A stretch of DNA of 56,040 nt, from the NCBI GenBank assembly GCA_039799905.1, contig JBDLRP010000027.1, positions 1 through 56,040 on the forward strand. The letters are read 5' to 3'. Under the pieces are notes generated by a model. It was not told where the DNA came from and searched no databases. It saw nothing but the letters and a program-made list of their open reading frames with translations. Source of the stretch: Pseudomonadota bacterium. GTDB taxonomy: Bacteria; Bdellovibrionota_B; Oligoflexia; Silvanigrellales; Silvanigrellaceae. Shown here one piece after another: positions 1-8,562 of this stretch; the stretch's first letter is position 1; each line of letters opens with the position of its first letter. The position numbers and the translations under genes are program-made.

Positions 1-2
1 CG

Positions 3-119
3 ATTGGTCTCAACCTGAGTTTTCTTGGCCAGCAACGGCAGGTTGAGTCACTCGGGAAAGTTGTCGACAGAGCCATCAAAAGTCAGCTGAGCAAAGGGCA
101 GAACGGTCTTCCGCGTTAA
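3..119 (+). CDS. 3' end of an unidentified CDS truncated by the window edge
   Basis: Open frame IGLNLSFLGQQRQVESLGKVVDRAIKSQLSKGQNGLPR* ending TAA at 117-119, convergent on murA; no start visible. Confidence 0.4.
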   Translation: MGLNLSFLGQQRQVESLGKVVDRAIKSQLSKGQNGLPR

Positions 120-164
120 AGCAGAACCGTCAATCTAGTGCACTATAATTCAATGCACAAAGAC

Positions 165-1538
165 CTATCCTTCAATCAACTGGACGTCGGCACCCATGGA
201 CTGCAATTTTGGTACGAGATGATCATATTTTCTTTGTAGCTCTTGAATATTGGAGAGCCTTGTCGTGCCGCTGGCAACCAGCCCTGCGACAACCAGACAC
301 ATTCCCGCGCGAATGTCGGTTGGCAATTTGAACTGTCCACTTTTAAGTGGAGTGGGGCCTTGAATGATCGCCGAATGGACGAAGTTCCTGTTCTTGAAAC
401 GGCACGGGGCCTCGCCCAGACAGCATGAAAACAGCGAAATGTTGGCTCCCATTTGGGTCAGATATTGCGTATAGCCAAGGCGGTCTTCAAAGATAGTTTC
501 GTGCAGAACACTGGTGCCTTCTGCCTGCGTAAAGAGGACCATAAACGGCTGCTGCCAGTCGGTCATAAAACCGGGATGCACTTCTACTTCAATGTGCGAT
601 GCTTTGAGCCGGCCGTTTTTGGGAGCGCTGACGTACACTCCCTCTGAATTGACCCTGAACTCGGCGCCCATGCGCTGAATGTAGTTGAGAAAACTGTACA
701 CCGGATCGTGCGGCATTTTTTCGATCAGCACGTCGCCGCCGGTGGCAAGTGCAGCAACGGCAAATGACACAGCCTGATTACGGTCGGGCATGACGCGCAA
801 CTCGCATCCGCGCAATTTGCTGACACCCTGAATGATGAACGTGCGATTTGCATTCACAACAATGTCAGCGCCCATCTTTTGCAGCATTTTTACCAGCTCC
901 AAAACCTCGGGCTCAATGGCGGCGTTTTCAATGATTGTTCGCCCGCGCGCACGTGACGCAGTAATGATGAGGTTTTCGGTCGTCATCACGCTGGGGAAGG
1001 GCAGCACGATGTGCGCACCGTGCAAACCTTCGTCACCGACGCTCATATGGTAGTATCCGTCTTCGAAGACCACCGTCGCGCCCATGTCCTGAAGACCGCG
1101 GATATGAAAATCAACAGGACGCTTTCCTATTTTGTCGCCGCCAAGTGTTGCGGCCATCTTGACCTTTTTGAAGCGGTGCAACAACGGGCCGGCGGCAAGT
1201 ATGGCGATTCTATTCCGCTCGCACAACGTCTTGGACAATTCATAAACATTGAGACTCCGGCCCGTGAGCCGCACGGTTTTCTCGTCGAGATATTCAACCC
1301 CGCCGCCGAGCGCCGCGAACAGATCCTCAACCATGCGGCGTTCGTTGACCTCGGGCGCACCCTTGATGAGCACAGGTTCATCCGTGAGCATGGCGGCAAT
1401 GATACACTTGGTGACCTGATTGGAACTGCCTGCAATCGCTACGCGGCCCCCGCTCAAACGCCGTCCGCCATTGATTTGAATGATAGGCTCTTTGCTCACG
1501 TCGCAACTCTCCAGCGGTTCAGTCCGCGGGACTAGCAT
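165..1538 (-). CDS. murA: UDP-N-acetylglucosamine 1-carboxyvinyltransferase (MurA), Asp115-type
   Basis: Motifs GGDKIGKRPVDFH, PSVMTTEN, NAAIEPE, HPGFMTDWQQP, HETIFEDR, DIRAG. Confidence 0.9.
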   Translation of the reverse strand: MLVPRTEPLESCDVSKEPIIQINGGRRLSGGRVAIAGSSNQVTKCIIAAMLTDEPVLIKGAPEVNERRMVEDLFAALGGGVEYLDEKTVRLTGRSLNVYELSKTLCERNRIAILAAGPLLHRFKKVKMAATLGGDKIGKRPVDFHIRGLQDMGATVVFEDGYYHMSVGDEGLHGAHIVLPFPSVMTTENLIITASRARGRTIIENAAIEPEVLELVKMLQKMGADIVVNANRTFIIQGVSKLRGCELRVMPDRNQAVSFAVAALATGGDVLIEKMPHDPVYSFLNYIQRMGAEFRVNSEGVYVSAPKNGRLKASHIEVEVHPGFMTDWQQPFMVLFTQAEGTSVLHETIFEDRLGYTQYLTQMGANISLFSCCLGEAPCRFKNRNFVHSAIIQGPTPLKSGQFKLPTDIRAGMCLVVAGLVASGTTRLSNIQELQRKYDHLVPKLQSMGADVQLIEG

Positions 1539-1585
1539 ATGTCGGATTGTTTGAAGAAAACAAGAAAGAAAAGAGCAAGAAAAAA

Positions 1586-1662
1586 TGGTGGGTGCTTAGG
1601 GACTCGAACCCCAGACCCTCGCCTTGTAAGGGCGACGCTCTAACCAACTGAGCTAAGCACCC
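1586..1662 (-). tRNA. tRNA-Val(TAC)
   Basis: Reverse complement folds as a cloverleaf: acceptor GGGTGCT/AGCACCC, anticodon loop CT-TAC-AA, GTTCGAGT T-loop, encoded CCA. Confidence 0.97.
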
Positions 1663-1675
1663 TGGAGCTGAGGAT

Positions 1676-1705
1676 GACCTAGCCCTGAATGACCGCCGGA
1701 GTCAA
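1676..1705 (-). promoter_or_regulatory. Putative sigma70 promoter for tRNA-Val/murA
   Basis: TTGACT-N18-TAGGTC on the minus strand, 13 nt upstream of the tRNA 5' end. Confidence 0.45.
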
Positions 1706-2379
1706 GCCTCATCGAAAAATTCCGGATGTGAGTGCGGATTTCGCACGAAAATCCAAAAAAGACCGAAGAATGTACCCAGTAACGAAAGCCCTTCCCAGCC
1801 CTGCAGCTGCAAGAGTGTCTGGCTCTCGGCGAGCGCCAGCGCAAAGGCAAGAAGAGTGACACTCCAACTGCCGAATACGACCCACAGACAACTCAAAAAA
1901 CGATTCCGTCGTTCGAGGAAAAAGCGCGTGGTCGGGCGCTCCCTGAAACGCATCCGGAACTCGCGAAATTTCGCATGCCAGAAGCGCGCCAACAGAACCG
2001 TCACCAAAATCTTTCCTGTTACAAGATAGAGCATCGGATGAATCAGCGATTGTCTTGCAACAGACGTATAGGCCGCAGCAAACAGCAATAAAACAGCTGT
2101 TTCCGCCAGACCCGCAGCCTGGGCTGCGGCAGTCAGCTGAAGACACAACAGCGATAAGGCAAAACTCAAAATCAACAGCATGAAAACGACGGCGAGAAAG
2201 AGCAGAACGAATCGTGTCGGGTCATGAGAGGAGGCGAACAAAAGCTGCAGACAATTGACTTCAAGAAGACACATGCCTGCAATCGCCGCAACCAATGCCG
2301 GAATCGCGATGAAAACAAACGTTCGAGCCCTAATAAAACGCTCGTAGAGGCTGATGATCGCACTCAAAAAACCTGCCAC
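1702..2379 (-). CDS. Hypothetical multi-pass membrane protein
   Basis: 225 aa with about 6 hydrophobic segments; no family motif recognised. Confidence 0.65.
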   Translation of the reverse strand: MAGFLSAIISLYERFIRARTFVFIAIPALVAAIAGMCLLEVNCLQLLFASSHDPTRFVLLFLAVVFMLLILSFALSLLCLQLTAAAQAAGLAETAVLLLFAAAYTSVARQSLIHPMLYLVTGKILVTVLLARFWHAKFREFRMRFRERPTTRFFLERRNRFLSCLWVVFGSWSVTLLAFALALAESQTLLQLQGWEGLSLLGTFFGLFWIFVRNPHSHPEFFDEA

Positions 2380-2424
2380 AAAATTTACCTTTTCAACACC
2401 GGCTGCGGCTAACCCGCAACGACG

Positions 2425-3423
2425 TTATGCAAGTCTGTTAAGGATGGCCTCTCCTCTGGCCAGCGCATCACACAGCCTGTCCCATGCTCCCCGACGCAAG
2501 ACCCGCTGTAGCGAAAAGTGAGTTCCGTCGCCCGCGTGCTTCGCCCTCCAACGGTATTCCGAGCGTGACCGAGCGGAACGCTGTGAATCCTCATCCAAGA
2601 GGGGTTGCTTTGCTATCAGGCACAGACCAAGTGACCGCTCGTCGATGGCAGAGAGAAAAGCTTCCAGCCACATATTTTTTTCCGAATGAAAGCCGCTCGG
2701 AGCCAACGGATGACCGTCGATGGCGAGAACAATCAGTTGCTGCTCACTAACAACAATTCCGTCGATCACCTCATGAATCGCCTTGAGCGTCGACTTCCGA
2801 TACATGAATTCAAGAGAGCGGCGCAGTACAATGCTGAAATTCTGGTTTTGCACGAGACCCGACAACTCACACAGCCTCGACCACCAGCGAAGGGATTGAC
2901 GTTGGCCGGCATTCAGTTCGGCGATGATGACATCTTCAAGCCAGGAGACATTTTGCTGAGCAATGTATCCCGATGATGCCGACAGCCAACACCAGCGCAG
3001 TATGACCGCAAGGAAATCAGCCTGCGAAGAAACGACCGACACCACCTCCACGCGATCAGGCAAATTAGCCAGGACTTTTTCACCATGGCGAAGAAACTCA
3101 TCCGCCACATCGATTAGAGTTCCAAAGCGCATTCCGCGTCCGAGCACACAAGGGCAGCCACTGGCTGTCGACGGCGCGGCGAAGACGGCAGGCGCCGACA
3201 GGCTCCACCCTGGACAAGCAACTTCAGTGTCAGATTTTTGACAAGGGAATCGCGCGGGCGTCAATTCTCCCCACACACCTGAAGACGCCTGTCTGAGGCA
3301 CTCATCAGCTGGGAAATTCTCCGCCAAACCAGAGAATGCAGCAGTGGTCACATCGCTCCAGTGGCGTATTTTAGATGGCTCCCGACCAACCATGGACTGC
3401 CCACCTTGGCATTGAATTGACAT
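2425..3423 (-). CDS. Hypothetical protein, possibly a degenerate DnaC/IstB-like AAA+ protein with an N-terminal Cys cluster
   Basis: 332 aa; C..C-P-GW...CPC cluster, LIVLAIDG (Walker-B-like), GAWDRL; no Walker A; start may be the second Met. Confidence 0.55.
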   Translation of the reverse strand: MSIQCQGGQSMVGREPSKIRHWSDVTTAAFSGLAENFPADECLRQASSGVWGELTPARFPCQKSDTEVACPGWSLSAPAVFAAPSTASGCPCVLGRGMRFGTLIDVADEFLRHGEKVLANLPDRVEVVSVVSSQADFLAVILRWCWLSASSGYIAQQNVSWLEDVIIAELNAGQRQSLRWWSRLCELSGLVQNQNFSIVLRRSLEFMYRKSTLKAIHEVIDGIVVSEQQLIVLAIDGHPLAPSGFHSEKNMWLEAFLSAIDERSLGLCLIAKQPLLDEDSQRSARSRSEYRWRAKHAGDGTHFSLQRVLRRGAWDRLCDALARGEAILNRLA

Positions 3424-3593
3424 TTAAGACCTGTTGGCGTTTTGTCTGCCGCTCGAGGACTTGTTATCGTTTTAATGTGCAACTTCCAAGGGGGGAGCTT
3501 GGCCACACACGATTCCGGCAACCGGTGCGGGAATTAATATGTTGGGCAGCACCGCCGATAACGGATCTAGTTGGGCATTTGGAGCAGACTTAT

Positions 3594-5054
3594 ATGTTGT
3601 CAAAAAAGACAGATCGGAAATCCGAACAAGGCTACCCACGCATGGGTGGATCCGTGTTCAAGTGTCTGTCTGTATTGATTTCTGTCGGGTTCGCCGGTCA
3701 GTTGACGGCAAGCTCCGACAGCGCCAATGTGCAGGGCAAAACTGCACAGACGGCTACCAAGACAAAAGTCATTACGGGTGAGGTTCCAGCCGCTGTAGAG
3801 AAAAACAGTGCTATGCCTCAACCAGGTCAGCCCGCAAAAGAGCCAAAACAGCAGGTCGATGCCAAGTCGTCCACATCCAATAACGAACCAGCAGAAACTT
3901 CAATCAAAACTGTGACCAACGCCCCGCAGACCGAAACCGCCACTGCGTTGAAACCAGCCGCGGTAGTTCCGGTTGTCGCCGGCCCCGAGAAACCCATCGG
4001 TCACAGTCTCAAAACTCCCGAAGCACAAAAACGCATCGAGATGATGATGGCAAATGCTCACCAAGACGGAAAGATTGGTCCGCTTGTCGCAGCGCCAGCC
4101 CCCGCAAAGGCTACCGCTCCGCTGGTGAATGGCAGATACGGGTTCTCCGCGAACGGAATTTTTCAGGGCACCCCCAAGGCACTTGTCAGCCTCGGTAACA
4201 ACACACCTGCATACGCGCTTATTGTCGAAAAACTTCACCACAGACTCTCCGTTTTCAGAATGAACGAAAGCGGAAAATACGAAATTGTCAAAACCTACAG
4301 AGCCATCAGCGGACGCGATCCGGGCGACAAAATCGCACGCGGAGACCTGCGCACTCCGGAGGGAATCTACTTCGTCACAGGCCGGCTCAACGACGAGGAG
4401 CTGCCACCAAAATATGGCCGAATGGCATTCACACTTGATTACCCAAATATCTACGATAAGCGGCAAAGAAAATCGGGATACGGAATTTGGATTCACTCCA
4501 CCGACGATCCCTCGCGGCTGCAAAAGCCGTTCGATACAGAGGGCTGTGTCGTCCTGAGCAACGAAGATATTTCGGACCTTGAAAAGTACATCGACTTCTT
4601 CGAAGTGCCGGTGGTCATCACCAAGGAAATGACTTCAGTCAACGACGATGAGCTCATTCCAACCCGCCGCAAGGCCCTTGAAATGGTCGACGCGTGGCGA
4701 AAAGCTTGGGAGTCTTCGAGCTTCGACTCCTACATGTCGTACTACTCGAAAAACTTCCGCTCCCTCGGCAAGAACAAGGACCAATGGCAATCCTTCAAGT
4801 CGAAACTGAGTGATGAGCGCGGCAATGACATTCAAGTCACGATTAGTGAGCCAAAGATCGTTGCTTTTGAAGACCAACTTTTAGTCGTTTTCCTGCAGGA
4901 CTACAAATCAAAGAAACACTCCGACTTTGGACGCAAGTTTCTTTATCTCCAGTGGGAAGGCGACCGTTACAGAATTATCGCGGAGAAATGGTACAAGTCT
5001 CCGAAGTCGGAAACTGCACAAAGGGCTTTGAGGAGTCCTGCAAAGCAGCTTTGA
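3594..5054 (+). CDS. L,D-transpeptidase/carboxypeptidase (YkuD) with C-terminal NTF2-like domain (Csd6/Pgp2/Bd1075-like)
   Basis: GDLRTPEGIY, LDYPN, GYGIWIH...TEGC catalytic His/Cys; C-terminal WRKAWE..YMSYYS..FLQDY..GRKFLY..IIAEKW; ATG 3594 follows GGAG; N-terminal hydrophobic segment and low-complexity linker. Confidence 0.88.
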   Translation: MLSKKTDRKSEQGYPRMGGSVFKCLSVLISVGFAGQLTASSDSANVQGKTAQTATKTKVITGEVPAAVEKNSAMPQPGQPAKEPKQQVDAKSSTSNNEPAETSIKTVTNAPQTETATALKPAAVVPVVAGPEKPIGHSLKTPEAQKRIEMMMANAHQDGKIGPLVAAPAPAKATAPLVNGRYGFSANGIFQGTPKALVSLGNNTPAYALIVEKLHHRLSVFRMNESGKYEIVKTYRAISGRDPGDKIARGDLRTPEGIYFVTGRLNDEELPPKYGRMAFTLDYPNIYDKRQRKSGYGIWIHSTDDPSRLQKPFDTEGCVVLSNEDISDLEKYIDFFEVPVVITKEMTSVNDDELIPTRRKALEMVDAWRKAWESSSFDSYMSYYSKNFRSLGKNKDQWQSFKSKLSDERGNDIQVTISEPKIVAFEDQLLVVFLQDYKSKKHSDFGRKFLYLQWEGDRYRIIAEKWYKSPKSETAQRALRSPAKQL

Positions 5055-5089
5055 CTTGAGCTGAGCGGCACAGGGGAGGTGCGGCAGAT

Positions 5090-6127
5090 ATGGTAACAAC
5101 AGCTCCAAAAAATTCGCGGAACAAACGCCTGCACATTGTATTTTTCACTGATGCATCCAAGACAAAATCAACTTCCTTCAGCATCCGCAACCTGACCATC
5201 GCAGGCTGTCTGACACTTTCTTTCTTCACGGCCGCGGGTGTTTCGCTCTACCTGTACAGACAAAATAGAAGTCAGCTTTCGGCCAAGGACGCATACATCC
5301 GCGAACTCAAATCAGCGATCACCTCGTATGCGGTCACCAACGAGAAAAATCAGCTGGCCATGGCGAACGAATCGGACCCCCAAACGGATCTCACCCGGAA
5401 AATCGCGGTTGAAATCCAGTCGCCCAGCCAGGGAGAAGTCAGAGTCGCGGCAAACACATCAGACAATACGTTGGCAAACCTGCAATCGAGTTTGTCGAGT
5501 CTGAGCACGGTAAGCGCGAATCTTGCACGCAATGAAAAGGGCGATGCTAAAAACGCAGCCAACAATTCAGCAGTAAAACAGGTAGCCGAGTCGGCTGCAC
5601 AACAGGCAAGCAGCATTTCGACAGAAAAGACCGTCGCACAGGTGAACACGCCGGCCAGTGATTCTGCCAGTTCAGCAGACTCGGCAGCGGCAAATCCAGT
5701 TGTGGGTCGTCCCTCTGGCCTTATGGGAATTCAAGTTGAAGAGGGGCACGCGACTGAAGTCAATGGTCAGACAACACTGCACTTTCAGCTTGTGAATACT
5801 GCTAGGAACAAAAGCCAAAGCTGGACGGGACGGGTTTGTGGAGTTGCGGAGCTGTCAAACTCCACTGCGGATTCGAAAGGTTCGACTTCTGTCGCCATGG
5901 CGGCACGCGGATCCGTTTCGGGCTACCTGGCGCTGCCGGGTGGATTCAAAGTTGAGTCGGCGAGAGCGCCCAGCAATGGGTGTGCCGACGGAGAACTGGT
6001 TCGCTTTTCGAGGCTCCGCCCCACTGAACTTGTTATTCCGGCCAGACAAGATTCAATAAAACGCGTCACGATCTTCTTTGTTGAGGCGGGAAGCAACCGC
6101 ACACTTTCGCAACATATTGAATTATAA
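5090..6127 (+). CDS. Hypothetical single-pass membrane protein (TM, coiled coil, linker, C-terminal beta domain)
   Basis: GGAGG upstream of ATG; one N-terminal TM; Ser/Ala-rich linker; two C-terminal Cys; 35 nt after the LD-peptidase gene. Confidence 0.75.
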   Translation: MVTTAPKNSRNKRLHIVFFTDASKTKSTSFSIRNLTIAGCLTLSFFTAAGVSLYLYRQNRSQLSAKDAYIRELKSAITSYAVTNEKNQLAMANESDPQTDLTRKIAVEIQSPSQGEVRVAANTSDNTLANLQSSLSSLSTVSANLARNEKGDAKNAANNSAVKQVAESAAQQASSISTEKTVAQVNTPASDSASSADSAAANPVVGRPSGLMGIQVEEGHATEVNGQTTLHFQLVNTARNKSQSWTGRVCGVAELSNSTADSKGSTSVAMAARGSVSGYLALPGGFKVESARAPSNGCADGELVRFSRLRPTELVIPARQDSIKRVTIFFVEAGSNRTLSQHIEL

Positions 6128-6225
6128 AAGGTTTATTTTCAGGTCCGACCTTTTTTAAATCCCCGCTCATACATCGCTGCAAATCTTCCGATGCCGTCTA
6201 TGTAACAAGGGTGGAGGATGCGCTC

Positions 6226-7071
6226 ATGAAACAACGAAATCTCGTCATGGCGTATGTGGCTGCAACGTCTGCTGTCTCGACTTTGATGGGTGGCTTCGTG
6301 GCTTGCGGTGCGCAGTCCTACCGGATTTCGGTGCACGGAGAGGTCGCAGACAAAATCGACCGACCTAACACCCAATCCAGTGGTTCGAACCTTAGTTCTG
6401 GCAACCTCCCCGGCGTGCATAGCTCTGCCGGATGGAAGAGAAGCCTGCCGATTCGTTTCGTCACCAGCGACGAGATCTCACCCGACATCGTTAAACAGCT
6501 GCAGGCCGCCATGAAGGCATGGGAAATGGCAGTGGGCAAATCACTGTTCGCCTATGATGGACAAGAGGCCAAGAAGGGTTCCGATTTCCGGCAGCTCTAC
6601 GAGCCACTCAGTGACGGCAAAAATGGAAACTATTTCGATAACAACTGGTTTGGCGCGACTGGTAAACCCAACAGCGTGCTGGCAACGACAATCTGGGAAA
6701 ACTCTCCCAGGGACACCGCTTCCATTGTCAAAGCCGACATTCGCTACAACGCGGAATTCTACGTTTTCGGCAACTCGCTCGAAGAGTTCAGTGAAGGTAA
6801 ACGCACAATCGTGGACATGGAAAGCTTGGCGATACACGAACTCGGGCATCTTCTGGGACTCTCACACGTCAAAGAGAATGAAGATCGATTCAGCGTGATG
6901 AACCCATCGCTGTTTATTGGTGAAGGTATGATCACGCGACGGCTCAGCAAGGGTGACATCGTGCGCATCCGCTCGGTTTACGGGGTCGGCGACCCGACAC
7001 TCGCACAGGCATTGGAAAAGGCAGATGACGTCGCAGAAGATGGCGAGAGTTCCGGCGAAACCAGTATGTAA
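6226..7071 (+). CDS. Matrixin (M10-like metzincin) metalloprotease, probable lipoprotein
   Basis: HELGHLLGLSH zinc motif and SVMNP Met-turn; FVAC lipobox-like signal; GGAGG before ATG 6226. Confidence 0.88.
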   Translation: MKQRNLVMAYVAATSAVSTLMGGFVACGAQSYRISVHGEVADKIDRPNTQSSGSNLSSGNLPGVHSSAGWKRSLPIRFVTSDEISPDIVKQLQAAMKAWEMAVGKSLFAYDGQEAKKGSDFRQLYEPLSDGKNGNYFDNNWFGATGKPNSVLATTIWENSPRDTASIVKADIRYNAEFYVFGNSLEEFSEGKRTIVDMESLAIHELGHLLGLSHVKENEDRFSVMNPSLFIGEGMITRRLSKGDIVRIRSVYGVGDPTLAQALEKADDVAEDGESSGETSM

Positions 7072-7090
7072 GATGGTTACACAGATTGTA

Positions 7091-8044
7091 TCAGGTGCCT
7101 CCACCTTGTTTGTGGGTCAGCAGCCAAGCACGGTGGATGAGCTCGTTTCGGAAGTCGGGCGGCAGCGTCCGACGGGTGATGTCCTGCACCGCCGATTGAT
7201 TCGTCACCTTATCGGAAAGCTTGAAGCTGCGCAGATTGTTTGAAAAAAACAAGACCCCCTGCGGATTCAGATGACTCATGCAGATGTCTATAAGCCATTC
7301 ATGATCCCGTTGGACGTCAAATGTTCCATCCATTTTTTTCGAATTGGAAAACGAAGGTGGATCAAGAAAAATAAGATCGAATTTGATGCTGTCAGGCAAT
7401 TCTTCCAGCCATCGGAGGACATCTGCACGGATCAGAGGATGGCGGCTCGCATCAAATCCGTTGAGTGCGAAATTCTCCGCGGCCCAATCAAGATAAGTCG
7501 CACTCAAATCAACTGATACGACGCTGTCTGCCCCGCCGGAGATTGCATGTGCGCTCACAGCACCTGTGTAGCAGAACAAATTCAGCACACGTTTACGCGC
7601 AGAATTCTCTCTGACCCACTGTCGTGAGCTCCGATGATCCAAAAAAAGACCCGTATCCAGATAATCCGACAAATTGACTATAAACCGCAGCGGCCCTTCC
7701 TGAACCTGTCTGCGCTGCTCGGTTGAATCGACTCGCTGATATTGCGAGAGGCCCTTTTGCCTTGCACGTTCTTTTACAAAAATCTGCTCGGAACCAACAC
7801 CGAAAACTTCCTTCAGCCCGTCGAGGACCGCTACAAAGTGGAGCTCATCGCGCTCTTCGAACTGCCTATTGAAATAGCGGTAAATCACCAACGCACCAGC
7901 GTAATAATCAACGCTGACGGCAAATTCGGGAATATCTCGGTCATACACACGAAATGCATCGCAAGGGTATTTTTCAGCCCAACCCTTCAGCGAGCGGAGA
8001 TTCTTTCTGACTCGGTTTGTGAATGAATTCATTTTTTTCTTCAA
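7091..8044 (-). CDS. Stand-alone RlmK-type class I SAM-dependent 23S rRNA methyltransferase
   Basis: FTNRVRKN..FRVYDRDIPE, RQKGLSQY, VNLSDYLDTGLFLDHR, LNLFCYTG, DPPSFSNSKKM..FDVQRDH match the C-terminal half of RlmKL; start may be ATG 8032. Confidence 0.85.
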   Translation of the reverse strand: MKKKMNSFTNRVRKNLRSLKGWAEKYPCDAFRVYDRDIPEFAVSVDYYAGALVIYRYFNRQFEERDELHFVAVLDGLKEVFGVGSEQIFVKERARQKGLSQYQRVDSTEQRRQVQEGPLRFIVNLSDYLDTGLFLDHRSSRQWVRENSARKRVLNLFCYTGAVSAHAISGGADSVVSVDLSATYLDWAAENFALNGFDASRHPLIRADVLRWLEELPDSIKFDLIFLDPPSFSNSKKMDGTFDVQRDHEWLIDICMSHLNPQGVLFFSNNLRSFKLSDKVTNQSAVQDITRRTLPPDFRNELIHRAWLLTHKQGGGT

Positions 8045-8068
8045 TTTGTCAGAGAAGCAAAATCAGGT

Positions 8069-8467
8069 TCAAAAACGGGCCGTGGAATACTCTTCGAACA
8101 GCGACCAACAGCGATTGTCCCTGCTGTAGAAGGCGAGCATGACCCGCTCGGACTCCCAAGTCTTATAGGTTGCCGAACGAAAGGTATAGTAGCGCAGGTA
8201 AAGGCCTGAACTCTTGCCGAGCACCATGTTGTCGGGGGTGGGCATAAAGTCGTCGAGGTAATAGCACTCGTTGCCGTCCATGCGCATGAAAGGAAGCACC
8301 GTGGAAACTCCCAGGTCTTTTCTCTTTTCTGGTGCTGTCACACACCCCGCGGCTCCAGCGCAGAGTGTTGCCAATAACAAGGATCTGATGACAGCCGGCA
8401 GGCCGAGCAAATGCTTTGGCGCGCCAGTTGAGTTGTGACGAATCACTGCCATAATACTGAATGACAC
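8069..8467 (-). CDS. Small hypothetical lipoprotein
   Basis: Hydrophobic stretch ending AAGC lipobox; start uncertain. Confidence 0.65.
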   Translation of the reverse strand: MSFSIMAVIRHNSTGAPKHLLGLPAVIRSLLLATLCAGAAGCVTAPEKRKDLGVSTVLPFMRMDGNECYYLDDFMPTPDNMVLGKSSGLYLRYYTFRSATYKTWESERVMLAFYSRDNRCWSLFEEYSTARF

Positions 8468-8562
8468 GGTGACTTCCCTCCGGACGTCTCTTCTGGACTA
8501 TCGGCCGCCCGGAGAACGCCTGAAGAGACTGTTGGGAATCTTTTTCAATCTGGAACCGATTT

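Noticed and set aside
1586..1662. tRNA-Val as an island insertion site
   Set aside because: No duplicated tRNA 3' end seen by eye; flanking genes look chromosomal
3435..3450. Sigma54 promoter TTGGCGTTTTGTCTGC
   Set aside because: GG-N10-GC spacing fits but the match to TGGCAC-N5-TTGC is weak
3375..3593. N-terminal extension of the LD-peptidase ORF
   Set aside because: Overlaps the divergent gene and promoter space; ATG 3594 has a GGAG SD
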